A stretch of 62,935 nt of DNA, the filler included, from Globobulimina sp. (lineage: Eukaryota), in the NCBI GenBank assembly GCA_003354225.1. It is 46 parts of 46 records of this genome, joined end to end, with 100 filler letters (N's around TTAATTAATTAA, not from the genome) between each part and the next. Parts side by side here need not be neighbours in the genome. Positions count along the whole stretch, not along the records: positions 57,560 to 58,828 come from PIVH01019747.1; positions 58,929 to 60,197 come from PIVH01019748.1; positions 60,298 to 61,566 come from PIVH01019749.1; positions 61,667 to 62,935 come from PIVH01019750.1; 42 more parts are not named here. The stretch is one strand, 5' to 3'. A program made the position numbers and the translations under genes. Under the pieces are notes generated by a model. It ran no database searches. It was not told the origin of the DNA and was given only the letters and a program-made list of their open reading frames with translations. Positions 57,560 through 62,935 of this stretch are shown piece by piece. The stretch's first letter is position 1. Each line of letters begins with the position of its first letter.

Positions 57560-58588
57560 TCGGCGTTGGTTCCGTTGGTTTACGAACATATCAATCGAGT
57601 GCGGAATATAAATCATTGAGAATTACGTTTCCAACAAATAAAGATTTAATCACTGCTCATCCCACCATAACACCGACAAAAACACCCACAGATACACATA
57701 CACCATCTAACACAACGACCAATGTACCATCCGGATCTCCAACGCAGCCACCAACAAAAACACCAGCCACCGCTACACCATCTGGCTCACCATCGGACCC
57801 TCCAAGCAGTGCACCCTCGAAGATACCATCAAATGTGGCAAGTTTAACACCATCGATATCGAACATGAACAGCACATCATCAGCGCCATCATTTGCTCCT
57901 TCACGCAGTCGCAGTCCATCAATATCACCAACGTTGCTTTCAACGAACACTACGACTACGTCAATGATGTATGAATCTACCTTTATTATTTCAACACAGA
58001 TTGAAGTACCCAATGCGACCAAGGTATGCAAATAGAAATTTATCAACCAAACTTTCAACAGATTTATACCACAAATTAAAGGACAACGGTGAAACTGCTC
58101 AAACATCGGAAACTGATAATGTTATGATTGTCAAGATTATGGCGTCAATAGCTGTTATCTTATTGCTTATTCTTTTTGTCGTAATATTTATTGGACGGAT
58201 GTTGAGAAAGAAAAAAAAGAAACAAGCATTCAAGCTTAATGCCAAGAATATGCAGCAAATTACAACGTTAACAGCAACGATGTCGCCGCAAATAAGTGTT
58301 AATTCATATTCTGAGAATGTTAAAGCGACGAACGTAGAGATTAATGATTATAGACTACCTCCCATCATTCCAGAGGTTGTTGAGAGATTTGTGACCAAAT
58401 TCAGTGCGGATAATGAACATATTATTGATGTGAATCATGTGAATGTGTTGGACATTGAGAATGAGGGAATTGATGTTGTGATGTCTCCCGAAGGTGGAAT
58501 ACATGAATTAATGCAGGATGATGAATTTATAATTAATGACAGTGAGGATAGTGTTGACAATGTGGGTGAGACTCGTCAACAGCATTGA
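57560..58588 (+). CDS. Type I membrane mucin-like protein, 5' partial; intron 58024-58081
   Basis: PT/PS repeats, TM helix, KKKKK stop-transfer; the intron joins ORFs 57616 and 57971 in frame. Confidence 0.75.
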
Positions 58589-58928
58589 ATTGAGTCATTG
58601 GCAATTTTTTAACTTTCCATATTGTACAGTAGTTTGTAAAAATCTTAAAATTGAACCTTAGATCCTAGCATTGTCACAATTGAAAAAAAATCTGCATCAC
58701 TTGCTTGATTTTAAGGGCTTAGGTCCGCTAATTATTTACTGGCTAAGATGAACATCCGGTGCAGGATTAAAGAATCCGGTGCAGGAATAAATTCAGCAAC
58801 GTTGTTTTATTTGTATATGCATTGATTANNNNNNNNNNNNNNNNNNNNNNNNNNNNNNNNNNNNNNNNNNNNTTAATTAATTAANNNNNNNNNNNNNNNN
58901 NNNNNNNNNNNNNNNNNNNNNNNNNNNN

Positions 58929-59689
58929 GTGATCCATTCAATATTATCCCCAATGAGAATATCACCATTTTTATCAAATTTATAACAAACAGGATATCCA
59001 TTTGGTATTTCTAATTTTGATAATGTGTTAAAATTGACATTGTTTTTTTGATATTCTTTCTCGATCAAAGCAATGATGGCTCGCATCGATGTTCCATGAA
59101 TGCATAATAAAATATCCAGCTGTTTTTGTAATAACGGCAATATTTCATTGTACCACAAAGGTTTAATACGTTCAATGACATGAAATAAGGATTCAGTGGA
59201 AGGGAAATCATTATTGATATCAAAATCAACCAATCGATAATATTTAGTATCATTTATTGGGTTTAATGGGTCTGTTTTGTTGATCGGAGGTGGTGGATCA
59301 TCGTAGCTTCTTCGCCATTTTTTTATTTGTGGTTTTCCATATTTTTCAACCATTTCAATCTTCTTTTTGCCCGTCAAACCTCCATAAAATCTCTCATTCA
59401 ATCTCCATGATTTTTTCATTGGTATATACAGCTGATCCAAGGATGACAAAATACAATGCGCGGTTTTAATGGATCGCTTTAAGACTGATGTATAGCAAAT
59501 ATTAAATTCATTTGTGTTGCAATTGTCTTTGTGTTCGCCATCATCATTGGTCATGTATTGTTTTATCAAAAGAGAGGCGCGTTCAGAATCTAGCAACGCA
59601 GACTCTGACAAGGCAACGTCAACCCAGCCACAGAATAAACCTTTGGCATTCCATTCACTTTCACCATGACGAACTAGTACAAGCGTCAT
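58929..59689 (-). CDS. gpmA: 2,3-BPG-dependent phosphoglycerate mutase, 3' partial
   Basis: LVRHGESEWN...FCGWVDV, WRLNERFYGGLTG, WRRSYD, HGTSMR. Confidence 0.96.
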
Positions 59690-59738
59690 TCTACGATTTC
59701 TATAACAACAACAACGAACTTTAAAGTTTTATACTGTT

Positions 59739-60197
59739 TCAGTCTGTTTGTAACATTTTTATTGTCGAATTGTAGTAATACATGTCTGCAATCAATCTAA
59801 CACATTTTATTCCATTTCTCAATTTTTTAATTATTTGTTTATTGCTTTTCTTTGAGGCAAAACAAATTGTGTTATCTTTATAACTTAAAGCAATTGTAAT
59901 GGTATCTCCTGTTTGAATGAAACCTTTCAAATCGGTGACATCCGTTCCAAATAATGTTCCATGATGTGCACCAAGACCACTCCTACTCGCTATTCCCACA
60001 ATTGCAACATCTTTATGCACATAAATACTGGTTCCATTCTTCAATTGTCTCGACGCATTATTTGTATCATCAATAATCCCTATCCGTCCAGCAAAAGACC
60101 CAGTCGTTTGAATCACCCATTTATATTCTTTCACGGATTCTCGTTTAATTAATTTTTGCCCAAAAACATGGTATGCTGCACGACAATGCTTATTGGA
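59739..60197 (-). CDS. SPRY/B30.2-like beta-domain C-terminal fragment
   Basis: YKWVIQ...IGII...GDTITIAL..KDNTICF. Confidence 0.45.
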   Translation of the reverse strand, partial: SNKHCRAAYHVFGQKLIKRESVKEYKWVIQTTGSFAGRIGIIDDTNNASRQLKNGTSIYVHKDVAIVGIASRSGLGAHHGTLFGTDVTDLKGFIQTGDTITIALSYKDNTICFASKKSNKQIIKKLRNGIKCVRLIADMYYYNSTIKMLQTD

Positions 60198-60297
60198 NNN
60201 NNNNNNNNNNNNNNNNNNNNNNNNNNNNNNNNNNNNNNNNNTTAATTAATTAANNNNNNNNNNNNNNNNNNNNNNNNNNNNNNNNNNNNNNNNNNNN

Positions 60298-61566
60298 AGA
60301 TAATTTGATCAATTTACCAATATTTCTATCATTATTTATATCATTATTATCATCCAATTTTTTCACCAATTCATACCATGCCTTAGTTTTATACTCATTT
60401 ATTGTTCTAAGGTCTTGCTTTGATTTATTTTTTCGTTTTAAACTGCGGATGATTCTACATTTGATTCTATCCATTTTTTTCCAGTTTTCGTGGATATTCC
60501 ATCGTTTATTACCGATTTTGTCCATAATCATCGCTTTCGGACATTTACTGTTATTTCGTTTTTTATTCCATCTTTTTTTAATGTACATCACCGATTTTAT
60601 TATTGATTTATACTTTTTATAATAATCACGCGTATACTTTATAATATTTTTAATTTCCTTGTTTAATACCAATAACTTACCAACGCGTTTTGTAGATTGT
60701 CCAAAGTGGTATTTTGCTGAATTTATTATCAAATTTCTTGAATGTTTCATTATCATAGATACCGATTTTTCATTTATTGCGTTTGTAGTTCCACATTCAC
60801 GCAAATTATTTTTGTTTTCATCAATCACATTCTTAATAGATATCATTTTAATTTCCAAATCGGTTTGATATTTTTTGATATTTTGATTAGTCATATTTTT
60901 TAAATTCCAAACTGTTTTCGTAAATCGCTTTTTTTGTTTAACCATATTCATATTAGTAATAAACATATGGTTCGGGTAATGATCAGAAAATAGAGTCGGT
61001 ACAAAATTATTAATTATCCGGATTCGGCCGTTTTTGCTGAAATTGGACCAAACTGTGTCAATTATTGATTCTTCAATGATGTTGTTTTTGTTTATCATAA
61101 ATCTGGTTTTTTGTCCATAGTTATTTATGTTTTTTAATTTACATTTATTCATCACATTAAATAACTGGTCGCCGTCGGTATATTCCTTTTGTATATTATA
61201 ACGTTTTTCAGATTTTCGGTCAATTGATCCAATTAATTCAGAGCGGATATTATAATCTCCGCCATTAATGATTGTCGGGGACGAGTCATTCATGTAATTA
61301 CTAATAAAATTGTATATTATTTTTAGTTTTGATAAACAAATTGCATTCGGATTGGGTGATCTGTAGCCGTTCCATAATACAATTTTATCTCTATTCCGAT
61401 ACATTTTGTTCAATTTCAATACAACGGCACACGAATATATATTATTTTGTGGTTCAATCTCAATTAAATCATACGGGATGTCAATAGTACTAATATTATT
61501 AATTAAATTGCGCTTAACATAAATTGAGGTAATACCAATTATATCATTTGCGATCCGTTTCATTCC
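60298..61566 (-). mobile_element. AT-rich non-LTR retrotransposon ORF2 fragment (APE endonuclease + linker)
   Basis: GITSIYVK, YRSPN, GGDYN, IDTVW, SDHYP. Confidence 0.8.
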
Positions 61567-61810
61567 NNNNNNNNNNNNNNNNNNNNNNNNNNNNNNNNNN
61601 NNNNNNNNNNTTAATTAATTAANNNNNNNNNNNNNNNNNNNNNNNNNNNNNNNNNNNNNNNNNNNNATTTTTTTGTAAATAACAAATGATAGATAATAAA
61701 AGTAATCAAAGATAAAACTTTGTAAAACTTGTGCTTTAGCTAAGAATATTGGCTACAACTCATTTTTTATAATCCAAATGACAAACATAAATACCTCAAA
61801 AAATATTTGA

Positions 61811-62935
61811 CAAACCGGAAACATTTTCCTATATACAAAGATTCTCTATTTAATAATATTCTTGTATTCGTACACAAACGTAAGGAACTCATACCTCAAT
61901 GTTGTGTGCAGCTCTCGCTTAGGCGATGTATATTCTGGTAAAGCCAAGGATTGCTGTTGGATTGAGGGAAGCGTAGGATTTAATCGGCCCGGCACTGGTG
62001 GTACTTGGAGTACTCAGAAAACCGGAGACAGCGGTCAATATTATGATTTCTCGAGCTCCAGTTGGGGTGACAGTATATATTTAATAGCGTATGGTGTTGG
62101 TGATCCTGATACGGCACAATATTTATATCGTCCCGTATCAGGTACTCGGTTGGATTGTGATGCCGATTGGTTTGGTGATCCTTGGTCTGGGGTTAGTAAA
62201 CATTGTTATATGAGTACCCCTTCCGGTCATGATGCAATCGATGCATTAACGAGCGCGACCTGGACAGATTGTGCCCTGGCAAACGATGATTGTGATGGCT
62301 TAAGTCCGGACACTGTCCAATGGATACGATATGGTACCCCGTATGGTAAATATTATTATAAATTAGTGGTAACAACTGATGGTATAGTAAGTTGCGATAA
62401 TGCGTTCCTTGAAGATCCTGCCGGCCACGAGCAGAAACATTGTGAGTATTCAGAGAGCCAATATACATTTTCAGGGGCGGATGGGAGTTGGGAGAAAGTG
62501 GTTTCTTGTGGCGGCAGCGGCGGTTGTTCGAATAGTCAGTCGGTTACTGTTGGAGTTTCAGAGTCAGTGTCGTCGGAAATTTCTAACTCATGGACAGTCT
62601 CATTATCAGCGACATTGTCAGCCAAATATGGATTTTACGGCGTAGAAATGACGACAAGTGTATCCGCGACCACGTCCATTACAGTGGGACAGTCAATGAC
62701 CGCATCGCATAGCGAGATTACGGGTGTTGTTTGCGACGCCGATTATCTTTTTCAATATGTGACTGGTGCCCAGCAAACTACTCTTCTGCAGGGCTCAGCT
62801 ACGGCTTTTACAATTAGAAGTGCGAGTTATTGGTGTACGGATCGTTTCGACGGACCGCAATGTCCACCCGATTATTGTAATAATGCGGATGACTGTGAAA
62901 CCTGTACCGGTAACATTTATGCAGCTATGAGTGGC
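61811..62935 (+). CDS. Putative pore-forming lectin: SUEL-like FGDP repeats + CEL-III-like C-terminal domain; not in ORF track (no stop before window end)
   Basis: Open frame from 61811; YG...CDADWFGDPWSGVSKHC and IRYG...CDNAFLEDPAGHEQKHC; WEKVVSC, Ser/Thr/Val-rich tract, LFQY, CTDRFDGPQCPPDYCNNADDCETCT. Confidence 0.75.

Noticed and set aside
58754-58786. ATCCGGTGCAGGA duplicated with a 20-bp period
   Set aside because: Two copies only, no TIR or TSD; a simple local duplication

Overview
This window is not a contiguous locus. It is 46 unrelated short contigs (1271, then 1270, then 1269 bp, i.e. size-sorted) joined by a 100-nt artificial spacer (N-run + TTAATTAATTAA + N-run, stops in all six frames), so neighbourhood across spacers means nothing. 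Most contigs are AT-rich genomic DNA of a eukaryotic protist with short GT-AG introns (mostly about 50-75 bp). The gene content (7TM-RGS fusions, PTxxPT mucin-like proteins, Cys-rich surface proteins) is most consistent with a foraminiferan/rhizarian, which is inference only. Recognisable genes: Dispatched/Patched-like, LMF, GT32, threonine aldolase, CCDC112, USP, BTB-BACK, RCC1, NADAR, RINT1, DOCK, PIP5K, GH27, MATE, JMJD7, PGAM. Mobile DNA: LINE ORF1 and ORF2 pieces, a gag-like ORF, a Penelope-type GIY-YIG ORF, an RLE-type non-LTR fragment and three MITE/foldback elements. Four contigs splice prokaryotic gene pieces directly onto eukaryotic DNA, probably amplification chimeras. Best candidates for novelty: (1) an ORF missing from the supplied track (61811-62935) encoding a CEL-III-like pore-forming domain behind SUEL-like 'FGDP' repeats; (2) a decayed dUTPase + deoxynucleoside kinase pair; (3) a tail-anchored NADAR; (4) a contig with exact 119-bp terminal redundancy; (5) a protein with an unassigned duplicated domain. 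All family calls come from motif recognition by eye; no searches were run.
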